Position numbers and translations under genes: made by a program. The notes under the pieces are model-generated. The model ran no database searches, was not told the DNA's origin, and worked only from the letters and a program-made list of their open reading frames with translations. A stretch of DNA of 63,567 nucleotides, filler included, from Cladosporium halotolerans (Eukaryota), in NCBI RefSeq assembly GCF_011745625.1. It is 28 parts of 28 records of this genome, joined end to end, with 100 filler letters (N's around TTAATTAATTAA, not from the genome) between each part and the next. Parts side by side here need not be neighbours in the genome. Positions count along the whole stretch, not along the records: positions 11,269 to 12,398 come from NW_027191868.1; positions 12,499 to 13,627 come from NW_027191869.1; positions 13,728 to 14,833 come from NW_027191870.1; positions 14,934 to 16,032 come from NW_027191871.1; positions 16,133 to 17,229 come from NW_027191872.1; positions 17,330 to 18,416 come from NW_027191873.1; positions 18,517 to 19,600 come from NW_027191874.1; positions 19,701 to 20,764 come from NW_027191875.1; 20 more parts are not named here. One strand, written 5' to 3'. Numbering within the stretch: the first letter of the stretch is position 1; every line of letters starts with the position of its first letter. This document shows, one piece after another, positions 11,269-22,018 of the stretch.

Positions 11269-12398
11269 AGGTAAAGCCCCACGAGTCACTGGTGTCTGGA
11301 GCGGCAACTTCTTCGCTGACTTCATGACTCGAATCTGGAGCTGGAGGATGTTCTTCGGTCACTTCCGCCGGAGACTCCCCTGGTGTTTCCTCCGCTTGAG
11401 ATGCGCTGTTTTCCGCGATTGAATCTTCTTCGTGCTTCACATCTCGGTCGAAGCCATTGGGCTCTGAGCGAAGTCCTTGCATGGGTAAGTACATGTAGAC
11501 CAATTTGACAGTGATTCGGTGGCTCAACTTACTTTGGGAACTCAGTCGATGTTTTCTGAGGCTCCTCAACTCGTGTAAACCGGCTTGAAGCACAGTCAGC
11601 CTCTCCATACATTTATCACGCTGATTTGTGGTGTCTTCAGTCTCTGATGCAAGCTGTGAGATTTCTTCTTCCGACATCTCGTGAATCACTTCCGGTCTGA
11701 ATAGAAACGGTAGTCTCCCCACGAGGCACTGTTCTACAGCAAGTGTGCTGAAGTCGTCGACGACTCTCTTCAACGCGACCTTTGATTCGTCAGTTTTTTA
11801 TGCTCATTCTGGACGTGAATGACATACTTTGTAATACGCTTGCATGTAATCTACAGCGGAATCACTTGCATAACGCTCCATGTCGGTTTCTACGCTTCGA
11901 TCCAGGACGTCCAGCAACTGACTTGGCCGGAAATACAGCTGTGTGGCTTGGTCCAAGTTATCAGTATTGAGATGACCTTTCAAAGCCAGTTCGAAACTTT
12001 TGCGGCGTCGTTCTGACTGTATCTTTTGGACAGAATCGATCAGATAGTGATTGTAGGTGATAGGGTGCACGGTACAGAATGGGTCGAGGATTTGCGACAC
12101 CTTTTCATCGAGGTCAAGCCGCAGAGCATCAATTCCTCTATTCAGAATTCTGAGTATGCCATCGGTGGTATCGGACACGGTACTGTGATCAACGATAGCA
12201 GTCACCGCGTCATACGTCGCCTCGATCACATCTTCTTTCGCCTTTGTAACATGCCTTTTCCACGGCTTGCATTGTTCCGCAAAGAGCTCCCCAATGATGA
12301 GGGGATTGAATGTACCAGGCAATTCGCAGCCCCTGCTTCTCCGCATCAATTGTGTAACTTCTTTGAGGTAGTCTGATCTGGAGACCCCATTAGGTTCA
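11269..12398 (-). CDS. Partial Mx-like dynamin-family GTPase (middle/GED region); introns 11780-11827 and ~11477-11532
   Basis: RGCELPGTFNPLIIGELFAEQCKPW, HPITYNHY, MQAYYK|VALKRVVDDFSTLAVEQCL. Confidence 0.85.
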
Positions 12399-12498
12399 NN
12401 NNNNNNNNNNNNNNNNNNNNNNNNNNNNNNNNNNNNNNNNNNTTAATTAATTAANNNNNNNNNNNNNNNNNNNNNNNNNNNNNNNNNNNNNNNNNNNN

Positions 12499-13627
12499 AT
12501 CGGTGAGCGAAAGGCTAAACGAACGTGTGTCGAACCACATGACCAAGCTGTGCGGCCTTGCATCGGACCACCCGTTACAAAGATGCATATCGGCTTTTCA
12601 ACGGCAAGGCTCGGCGTTTCCAAGTCCATTGAGGACAGTCTACGAGAAGTATGAGACACAAGTGGAGCCGGAGACAGGCTTGCGGATCAGTGAACGACCT
12701 TCGTGGGTGATGCCGCCGTGGCAGACCCTGAAAGGGTCGGTGATGTTCATGGACCCCGCCGAAGCAGTGCAGCTGTGTCGCTCCCTTCGCTTCCGGGGCG
12801 CCTACCTGTACTACGCGGCCGCGGAAAGGCAAGATGAGCAGGTTGGTGCGGCGGCGATCATCAAGTACCGGATGACGACCGGCACGGTCAAGCAACAAGC
12901 GATGGCGAAGGCTTTCACGTGCTCAGCCATCAGCGCTGAACTGACCGCCATACTTTATGCTCTCGAACATGCAAAGGACACACTGCGCAAGACGGCGCAT
13001 GTCTATGTAGCGACAACGAGTATAGAGGCACTTTCAGCGATGGAGAAGGGGCAGAAGGTGAGATGTGGGAGGGAAGTGGTGCACAAGATTGCCGATGCCG
13101 TCCTCGAGATGGAGAGCGTCGGCCATCGAGTGACAGTCTTTCTCGTCCCCTGTGACAAAGGCATCCGCGGTGTTGCTGAAGCAAAACAGGCGGCAACATC
13201 AGTCATCGACAACGGCAGCGAACCCACAGCCGCCCCGACCGAGAGGGTGCGCGAGCTGTCGGGAGCGCTGCGCTTGGTCAGGGAAGAGCGGGCTAAGAAC
13301 CTGCATACCAACGAGGATGATGTCTGCGTGAAGTACTACACGTGGAAGATGGACAAGGCTTGGTCGGGCAAGCACACGCTCCGTCTATACGGAGCGCTGT
13401 CGTCCGACGAGGCTTCCATCTTGGTGCAGGCTCGGACGGAGCACTGCGGGCTGAACGCCTGTCTCTTCAGGAAGAAGCTCGCAGACAGTCCGGCGTGCGA
13501 GTGCGGACGTGGCGATGAGACAGTACTACACGTGCTGCTGCGCTGCGACAAGTATGCTGAAGCTCGCAAGGCTTTGCGGGAAGCAGCAGGCGACAGGTGG
13601 GGTGACGCTTCGTACTTGCTGGGAGGA
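12499..13627 (+). mobile_element. Non-LTR retrotransposon (Tad1/I-like LINE) pol C-terminus: RNase H-like domain plus CCHC finger
   Basis: AISAELTAILYALE, ILVQARTEHCGLNACL, CECGRGDETVLHVLLRC; open frame across the contig. Confidence 0.88.
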
Positions 13628-13727
13628 NNNNNNNNNNNNNNNNNNNNNNNNNNNNNNNNNNNNNNNNNNNNTTAATTAATTAANNNNNNNNNNNNNNNNN
13701 NNNNNNNNNNNNNNNNNNNNNNNNNNN

Positions 13728-13826
13728 TTTTGGCGAGGGTTAGTAGGAGATCAGTGTTCTCCTCCGTTGCCTTTTGGCGAGGGTTAGTAGGAGATCAGTG
13801 TTCTCCTCCGTTGCCTTTTGGCGAGG
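13728..13826 (+). repeat. Perfect 44-bp tandem repeat (2.25 units, runs off contig end): GGGTTAGTAGGAGATCAGTGTTCTCCTCCGTTGCCTTTTGGCGA
   Basis: TTTTGGCGAGG starts at 13728, 13772 and 13816. Confidence 0.95.
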
Positions 13827-14735
13827 AAGCGCTTGACTATCGCCATCGAGTTGGTAGCAAAGCCTAGTATTCTGATCTTTCTTGACGAGCCAACTTCGGG
13901 CCTAGACGGCCAAGCAGCCTTCAATACGGTGCGATTTCTTCGCAAGCTTGCACGAGCAGGCCAAGCGATCCTGGTCACTATCCATCAGCCATCAGCCCAG
14001 CTATTTGCGCAGTTTGACAAATTACTACTTCTCACCTCAGGTGGTCGCCCAGTATATTTTGGGGACATCGGTGAAAATGCGAGAACCATCAAAGCGTACT
14101 TCGAGCGACACGGCGCTCCTTGCCCCCCGGAGTCAAATCCTGCGGAGCACATGATCGACATCGTCACAGGAGGAGGAGCTGGCAATGGTAGAGACTGGAG
14201 TCAGACCTGGCTGCAATCTCCTGAGAACGAAGCTCTCAGCCAAGAAATTGATACCATGGTAAAAGACTCCGCTTCCCGACCCTCTATGGTGAACGACGAC
14301 GGTAACGAATTCGCTGCTTCGATGTGGACACAAACCAGGTTGGTGACACAGCGGATGAATGTCTCACTGTTCCGGAATACGGAGTACGTCACCAACAAGT
14401 TTGCGATGCACATCCTGCTAGCGCTTCTGAACGGTTTCACTTTCTGGATGATAGGCGACTCCCTAAACGATCTCCAGCAGAACCTATTCACGGTCTTCAA
14501 CGTTATCTTCGTAGCTCCAGGCGTCATCTCGCAGCTTCAGCCGTTGTTCATCGATCGCAGAGACATTTTTGAAGCCAGAGAGAAGAAAAGCAAGATGGTA
14601 AGTATATTACGCCAGCTCTCACGTAGTCATCGGAATCGGAAGCTGACAGTGTGTGACAGTATCATTGGGCTCCTTTTGTGACGGGCCTGATCGTGTCGGA
14701 GTTCCCATACCTGCTGACCTGTGGCCTCTTGTATT
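13824..14735 (+). pseudogene. PDR-type ABCG transporter fragment (NBD2-TMD2), broken at both ends by foreign sequence; intron 14598-14659
   Basis: [57 protein letters not shown]; homology starts at the 44-bp array and stops at CAGACTTCTGCAC. Confidence 0.85.
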
Positions 14736-14833
14736 CAGACTTCTGCACAATCAATCAAGCTCAAGCGGGAACTATATGCTTGATTGATTGACTGACTGGG
14801 CTTGCTTGATTGCTTGAGCTTGAGAGTAGCAAG
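14736..14833. mobile_element. Putative hAT-like element end (CAGACTTCTGCACAATCAATCAAG) with CAAT/ATTG subterminal repeats
   Basis: Abrupt junction in coding sequence; related termini at 17131 and 25261. Confidence 0.6.
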
Positions 14834-14933
14834 NNNNNNNNNNNNNNNNNNNNNNNNNNNNNNNNNNNNNNNNNNNNTTAATTAATTAANNNNNNNNNNN
14901 NNNNNNNNNNNNNNNNNNNNNNNNNNNNNNNNN

Positions 14934-16032
14934 CACGGCATCCATGTCCGGTGTCCAGTCGTCAGTGTCCATTGCGGATTTGCCTCCGAGCAAACGCGAG
15001 AAATCGTCCTCGTCTGTGTACACACCCAAGATTTTCCGCTGCTCACTCCACCTAGCACAGCGTAAGACAACATGTTCTCTCGACTCGATTGTTTCGCCGC
15101 ACTCGCAAAGGTTCGATTCCACTGCCTTGATGTTGTGCAGATACCCATTCAGTGGTGTCATGCCCGTGCGGAGCTGCGCGAGAATGCTCGCCTGTCTCTT
15201 GCTGAGGTCGTCGTACATGCGCCGGGTGTGGTTTCCAGGCCAAGCAGCGTCGATTCTGCGTACGGATGCCCCGACAGTCGCCGGCACCTGCTCAGTCGCT
15301 CGCCTCAGGCGTTCTTGTGTCCTTTGAACCATACTCCTGGTCAACCTGGGCCGGTCTCTGATCACTCGTCCCTCGTCCGTAGATCGCTGCGCCAATCGCT
15401 TTGCCTTTTGTCCTAACTCGAAGATCGGGCTCACCGGGGCCCACGTGAAGACTACGCGGTTGTGGGACTCTTTCAGACGTCTCACATGTTTCAAAATGCC
15501 GCTGATGATCCATTGTCCGGACCTTCGGGTGCCATTCCGCAACGTGACCAGAACGGTGCGGTTGTTGGTGAACACGTGCGTGACTTGGCCTCGCACGCGC
15601 GCCGACAGTGTATTGTCGTACACCGCACTGACGACCAAACCGAGTCCCACTTCGATCGAAGCCAGTGCGGCTGTGTAGGCATCGCTTTGCGCATTGGTGC
15701 CTATCGTCTTGTCGTACTCGCATCGCTCAGAGTTGTTGCGTATCCAGTCAATGCCATCGATGGCGCCGCCGATGCCTACCAATCGATTTCTGGCCGACGC
15801 GCTGGTGGCGACACGGATGCCCTGAATGTCCTGAGCGCACCTGGCTGCCTGCTCACCGTTGTCTACACTGTCGGCTATGTCGAGTCGCGTGTCCCACGGG
15901 GCCGAGATGTAGGGCTGGGTCGCCTCCACCTCGTCCATCGGTGCTCCGCATGCGGACTCTGCGATCTTTTGCAAGGGTGACGTGTACCTCTTGCACGCCC
16001 GACGCCTGATCATCTGCGCAAGAGGGTGTGTG
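14934..16032 (-). mobile_element. Non-LTR retrotransposon (Tad1/I-like LINE) pol C-terminus, second family
   Basis: Degenerate RNase H region, ASILAQLRTGMTPLNGYL, CECGETIESREHVVLRC. Confidence 0.88.
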
Positions 16033-16132
16033 NNNNNNNNNNNNNNNNNNNNNNNNNNNNNNNNNNNNNNNNNNNNTTAATTAATTAANNNNNNNNNNNN
16101 NNNNNNNNNNNNNNNNNNNNNNNNNNNNNNNN

Positions 16133-16227
16133 ATTGCTGATTGATTTCTGATTGAGCGCCCACCTGACTGATTTGATTCCTGATTGAGCTTCACCTGATT
16201 CTGAATATTCAAGATTCAAGATCTATG
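16133..16227. mobile_element. Putative DNA-transposon end (reverse strand CATAGATCTTGAATC...) with CTGATT subterminal repeats
   Basis: Truncates the neighbouring membrane-protein gene; the contig ends ~95 bp into it. Confidence 0.5.
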
Positions 16228-17104
16228 GTTGAGTGAGGCGCAGAGCGACGACCGGGATGAGGCTGTAGAAGTATTAGGCCGACACACCGCATAGGAGAGA
16301 GATGACACTCACACGAGCCTTGCAGCAAATATCAACAGAAGCTTGATCCGCCGGTTGAGATGAGTGTTCAGGTTCCTGATGAGAGCAAATGCAAAGAGCC
16401 AAAGAAGAACTTCGATGACGAGACCAACGATCTCTACAACAAGCCATCTCGTGTGCTGGCATAGTCAGTGATACGGTCTGAGCAAGCCATGATATCGATA
16501 TAACATACTAGAACTTCATTGCCTTCCCACGGGGCAGAGAGGTTCCCACGCAGCGCGATGGCTAATATCGACGCGACCGCCCAGAGCACAGCAACTGAGG
16601 CACATGCGAGGCCTACCACGTTGTGCTCTTTCGCTCGAGACAGACTTCTGAGGAAAAATGCCGTAGAGCATCTCGAAAGACCCATACTGACAATATACAG
16701 TATCTGGCCGACATACAGAATCTGCTTTCTGTTTAACTGGAGTGTCATTTAGGGAGACTCGCACCAAAAATCCCACCTTCATCCATGGTTCATGCGGTGA
16801 CAGCTTATGATCCCGCTTCTCACTGCCAAGATCATACTTAAACACAGTTAAATAGATCGCAGTGGATTGCGCAAGTGCTGCTAACTACCGGGGAATACAT
16901 CAGCGTCGTGGACATCAATAATAAGACTGCAAAGTTGCCGAGACTTACGTAGCCAGCGAGAAAGACTCCATCTGCCCAGGACCACTGCTGCTGCCATTTC
17001 GCCCATGTCCTGACTGCGACAAAAAGGGAGGTATAAAGTAGCAGAAGCGTCGTCCAGATGATCAATGAGTTACCCAGAGGGAACACGCCGCCTTGCGCGT
17101 CCAT
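16228..17104 (-). pseudogene. PTH11-like (rhodopsin-domain, no CFEM) integral membrane protein, multi-exon, 3' truncated by a TE end
   Basis: LFVAVRTWAKW..WADGVFLAGY, YVGQILYIVSMGLSRCSTAFFL, WLVVEIVGLVIEVLL..NRRIKLLLIFAARL; short GT-AG introns. Confidence 0.7.
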
Positions 17105-17130
17105 CGCTGATTTGGAGCAACGAACTGGAG

Positions 17131-17229
17131 CAGAGGTGTGCACAATCAATTTTTTACTTGACAACTTGATTGATTGATTGTTGACTAAGCAATCAATCAA
17201 GTTGCACCTCATGACCAATCAATCAATTC
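17131..17229. mobile_element. Putative hAT-like element end (CAGAGGTGTGCACAATCAAT)
   Basis: Related to 14736 and 25261; CAAT/ATTG repeats. Confidence 0.6.
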
Positions 17230-17329
17230 NNNNNNNNNNNNNNNNNNNNNNNNNNNNNNNNNNNNNNNNNNNNTTAATTAATTAANNNNNNNNNNNNNNN
17301 NNNNNNNNNNNNNNNNNNNNNNNNNNNNN

Positions 17330-17778
17330 CAGGAAGATCAGCTTGTCTGCGCTGTGTTGCGGCAGGACCATGCTAGGGACAGACTTTGCATCAGCAAGGC
17401 TCAGGAAGCGACGCGCCATCTTCTACTCCGCGCTCGGTTCCCTCTCGGTGTAGTTTGCGAGCCACGGTGTCGTCGTATACGGCTGGCGGCTGCAATACGT
17501 GCGCATGTCGCTTTCTTGATTGTGCTGGACGGCCGTGGCAAACATTTGTGGTGCGATCATATACGCAATGCGGGCGAGTTGTCACCGGGCTCCTCGACAC
17601 TTCACCGACCCACTAACTCTGTCAGCTCCCAGAACGAAAATGGCCGCGTCGCTTCGACATGTGGGGTTCGAGCCATCAAACTTTCTATCTCCTTGTTCTC
17701 TTCGCAGCTTGGCTGCATCTCCAAGGCTTGACACAGGCGCTCGCTGCCGTGAGTGATATGGGAGGCTTGTGTCAGTGA
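17330..17778 (+). pseudogene. PAQR/HlyIII (IZH-like) receptor pseudogene, C-terminal part
   Basis: RAIFYSALGSLSV*FASHGVVVYGW..MSLS*LCWTAVANICGAIIYAMR|LPERKWPRRFDMWGSSHQTF; two in-frame stops and an apparent GC-AG intron. Confidence 0.8.
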
Positions 17779-17949
17779 TGATACAGTACCGGATTCCTAT
17801 ATCGACTTGAATAACACATTTAACGTTTCGAAGGCTTGCCTCGCAAACCTTGTTCTGGTTTGCTAGGGGAATGACTACTGAAGCCGCTCCCACAAGCCCC
17901 GGTGATCCTTCCTGCATAGACCACGGCGCAAAGCCTCGCACAGTCCCAA

Positions 17950-18365
17950 AGAACCCAACTGTATGACATGATTCAATCAAAGTCGTTTCGCGATACGGAC
18001 ATTGCCCATATCGCTTGCTGCTGTATGCGCACCGTTCGCAGAGTCCGCGCCAACATGCATGCAGGTGTTTGGTGCACCACGTGCGCCCAACCTTACTGGC
18101 GGACGGTGTCCCAGTATGCTTCCACATACTTTGGATGCGCTGCTCAACAAAGTACTAATCAAACCGGACTTGTACTGTAAGACGATGAGATTGTAGATTT
18201 GATCTGGGATGAGCTCGAACTCAGAGGTTCCGAAGACAGCATTCGAAGGCCGCTAAAGGCCTGTGACTGGTCGACAAAGAAGACGCGGAGGGTAGCACGC
18301 GAAAGAGATGCCGAATCGCGTGATGCTTGCCTGGAGGAGCTCTCCGAATACAAATCCTACAGTAT
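17950..18365 (+). mobile_element. Degenerate IS630/Tc1-like transposase N-terminal fragment
   Basis: LDALLNKVLIKPDLY.. / WDELELRGSEDSIRRPLKACDWSTKKTRRVARERDAESRD spread over shifted frames. Confidence 0.7.
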
Positions 18366-19700
18366 TGCGTTAGCGGTGGGGCTTCTTGTCTGTAGAGCCC
18401 CAAGGCGCAGGCCCCGNNNNNNNNNNNNNNNNNNNNNNNNNNNNNNNNNNNNNNNNNNNNTTAATTAATTAANNNNNNNNNNNNNNNNNNNNNNNNNNNN
18501 NNNNNNNNNNNNNNNNCTCACATCGGCGGCCGAAAGCTGAGGTCGACGGAGCATGCACTACACTCTAGATTGATGTGAGATTCACTAAGGTCTATGACAA
18601 TTGCGTAGTACAAATCCAAACCCGGCGATCTTAGCCTCGAAAAGGACACTTTAATGGCTTTCCAGACGATAGACTGTAAGCGAAGGGATTCTTCTCGTAG
18701 CTGATCAGGGGAATATTGTTTCATCGATATTGTCGGCATTGTTTTCAGCCGGAGTGCTGAAACCATGATTCATACTAAGGAGAACAGTTGTTTCCGGGCC
18801 AGAAAGGCGAAAGATATGAAGGAGAGCTATCGGATGGGATAATAGAGTGGTAAAGAAGAGCGCGGACGCTCCATCACTAACGGAGATGTAAACATGTGGT
18901 GCGTTGTTCTTGGTGTAACTTATCCATAGCGGAAAGAATTTGAAGATCGAGACATCTTGCAGAGCCTACTGCTAGACATAACCACGAGGATGGCGCAACG
19001 GTCAATCTCCGTGCTGATGCATAGCCGGAACACGCAGTGCAGGGTTTCAATGGCGAAGAAAATGGATCGCTGGCGATCCGCACGTTGATCGAACACGCTG
19101 CCGCGCAGATCGATCTGTCGAACAATTCCCAAGACCTCGCGGTCTCAGACCCTGCAGAGGTGCCGCAGCACGGCGGGACGTACGTAGGGGAGCAGCCAAC
19201 TGTGTGTCTCAATCGTTTTTACTTAGACCCTGGTCCATCCTAGATGCGGCGGCCGATGATGTCGAACTTGACCCGGATTAGGACATACGAGCTTCGTAAG
19301 GGACCAAGCCTGGCACCACCAGACGCCGTCGGCGGGAGACGGACAACCCACAGACTGGCTGCGTGACGCCGCGTGACAACGTAAGAATGTTATCCGCACC
19401 TTCGTTTGTCCGAAATTGGCACCGCGACTCTCGTGCAAGCCATCTTGCCAAGAAGCCGCCTCGAAAGCTTTTCGCCTGGGATCTACACCAATCAGTCCCG
19501 AAAATGAAGCTGGCGACGTCACGAGCAGGCCCTCAAGGATTGAGCCACACGCGTAAGTGCAAAGTTAATCCCTGATGTCTACCATGGCGATGACACGGGC
19601 NNNNNNNNNNNNNNNNNNNNNNNNNNNNNNNNNNNNNNNNNNNNTTAATTAATTAANNNNNNNNNNNNNNNNNNNNNNNNNNNNNNNNNNNNNNNNNNNN

Positions 19701-20764
19701 CCTCCGATTCTCCGAAAGTTTTGGGACCTTGCCAAGCTACGGGGCTATCCGCACCTACAAGCTGGCGGAACTGATCCTCAGCTGTATTGAGAACCGTCCC
19801 CACTACAAAAGCACCCTCTGCAACAGTTCCATGACACCATGGGAAGAGGCCCTGAAACTTCAGCTTGGAAGCGTCATTGCGCCATTGCATACGCTTTTGA
19901 TTTGTCAATGCCTCAAGTCGAAATCGCGAGACGATTAGACCTGGCAACATCAACGGTGCATAATCTCGTCCGAGCCGCAAGAGCGCGCAGTCCTACTTCA
20001 GATCTGGCGGATTTACAGGCGGCGGTCAGTGTTCAGCCACGTAGTGGCAGACCAAGGAGGGCTAACTCTGGCGATGAGGTATCTCTCACTGTCCGAAGAG
20101 GTGTCCGGGAGCACCCATACCAGGCGATGGACAACGCAGCCAACCGTTATCTCAGGGAACGCCAGGTACTTGGCGAGATCGACCAGAACATCCGACCACT
20201 GGGAGTTCAGCAGGTCTATAACATCTTGCAAGACTCTGAGCAGTGTGCTGCTGACCCAGAGGACCAACGGGTATACACACGGCACCGTGTGTACAGACGC
20301 AACGAGCTCAGCGCTGCCAACATTGCGAAACGTCAGGCATATCTGTTTGAGGTCGAACAGCTGGAGCAGGCAGAGGCAATCATCATATGTTGTGACGAGC
20401 AGGCCTATCACTTTGGCGGCACGCCTGACCGGCATGTGACTTTACCAATAAACACGAGCTCGTACCAAAGTTGTGCACCGACACGCTTCAAACTCGAACA
20501 ATGGGCTGCTTCTTGTGGTGACGATTGTTCTGTGAAGAGACCCTGGACTGTGTGGGAGCTTCGGGACCAAACTTCCGAGGAGCTGCAGAAGCAGCTGGAT
20601 GAGTGTAATGCGCAAGCGAGGAGAATCACCGATGAACAGCGTGCCAATGCCAGAGTCCATGGCACGCCCGAACAGCAGTATCTTCTTTGGATGAACACAC
20701 ACGTCAAGATTAAACGTCTATGGATGCGTGCCAACGCCAACGACAGCGGCGGCCCCAAGGAATG
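19701..20764 (+). mobile_element. Tc1/IS630-like element, 5' part: terminal motif at 19701 and transposase ORF from 19839
   Basis: HTH EIARRLDLATSTVHNLV, linker PRSGRPR, first catalytic Asp in IICCDE; open to contig end. Confidence 0.8.
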
Positions 20765-20864
20765 NNNNNNNNNNNNNNNNNNNNNNNNNNNNNNNNNNNN
20801 NNNNNNNNTTAATTAATTAANNNNNNNNNNNNNNNNNNNNNNNNNNNNNNNNNNNNNNNNNNNN

Positions 20865-21101
20865 AAGGAGTTGTTGCTGTTCCAGTGGTTTGTGCGGGCG
20901 GGCAAATGACGCGATGCATCGGTGCGAAGCGACGGGACGAATTTGAAGTATAACGGTGAATAGGAAAAGGATTGAAGTCGACGAGCGCTCCTGCAGTACG
21001 TCTTTATGCAATATTGTCTCCTCCGACCGGCCCAGCCGATGCAGACCCTGCGGCGAGGCATTTGATTGAGCAAGCTCCGCGATACCGGCTCCCTCCTTAC
21101 A
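20865..21101. mobile_element. LTR of ~240 bp (solo or terminal) with inverted ends (TGT)AAGGAG ... CTCCTTACA
   Basis: Contig starts AAGGAG and 21093-21101 is CTCCTTACA, giving TG...CA termini with the first 3 nt cut off. Confidence 0.65.
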
Positions 21102-21124
21102 GTACTGCACAGTACTGTACAGCG

Positions 21125-21312
21125 CCTTCCCTTCTTTCCCCTTCTCTCGCCCCATCCACCATCTCCCTTCGTACTTCCCTTTGTCCCTTCTGGCTTTCTT
21201 CCATCATATCCCTCCTCGTCTCCCTTCCTCGTCTCCCTTCCTTTTTCTTTCCTTTTTCCTCCCATCCCTTCTCTTCCTTTTTCCTCCCATTCCCTCCCTT
21301 CCTTCTTCCTTC
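21125..21312 (+). repeat. Low-complexity polypyrimidine (CT-rich) tract
   Basis: ~190 bp almost entirely C/T. Confidence 0.85.
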
Positions 21313-21560
21313 CATCAACGCCCTTACTCGTCTCCACTCTGGCCTTCTCACAGGCCGCCTCTCCACCGTCGAGGCGCCACAATCGGCGCTGGACGAACGA
21401 CTCACATCGACGCCCTTGGCACCAGCTGTCGCAATCCCGTGAAGGAGCTCAGTCCAGATCTAAAAGGCCAGTCGCCCCCTTGCTGTCAGATCTAGCAACG
21501 AGAGCCCCGCGTCTCTCTGGAAAAAAGGGTGGACAGTCGACTGACGGCTCCGAAATCGGC

Positions 21561-21918
21561 ATGAATCAAGATGAAGAAGGGGGGCCTGACGCCCACTTTC
21601 AAAACAAGAGCATCCGCAGCTTCCTCTGGACAGGCCTCACCGTCAAGGTTGAAGATCGTCGTACGAAACAGCAAAAGGCCATTTTGTCGAACGTGGATGG
21701 CATGGTGACACAAGGGGAGCTGATGGCAGTGATGGGTCCTTCGTAAGCAAACCATGGAGTCGCCCCTGCGGATGGTGAGCTGACTCGTTGTTCGCCAGTG
21801 GCTCCGGAAAGTCAACCTTGCTACAGGTTCTCTCGCAGAGGCGTCGCTTTCCGGCCGTGTCAGCCGACGGCTTGCTCTACTTGAACGGCGTCGCTGCCGA
21901 CGCAAACGACTTTAGACG
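21561..21918 (+). CDS. Partial half-size ABCG (White-like) transporter, N-terminus; intron 21743-21798
   Basis: FLWTGLTVKV..ILSNVDG..GELMAVMGPS|GSGKSTLL (Walker A split by the intron). Confidence 0.85.
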
Positions 21919-22018
21919 NNNNNNNNNNNNNNNNNNNNNNNNNNNNNNNNNNNNNNNNNNNNTTAATTAATTAANNNNNNNNNNNNNNNNNNNNNNNNNN
22001 NNNNNNNNNNNNNNNNNN

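Noticed and set aside
13728..13826. 44-mer as PacBio adapter contamination (shares CTCCTCCGTTG)
   Set aside because: Only ~11 nt match; the rest of the unit and the precise junctions do not fit, though an adapter screen is still advisable.
20813..21495. Lys/Glu/Gly-rich and Phe/Pro/Ser-rich ORFs
   Set aside because: Translations of the CT-rich low-complexity tract.
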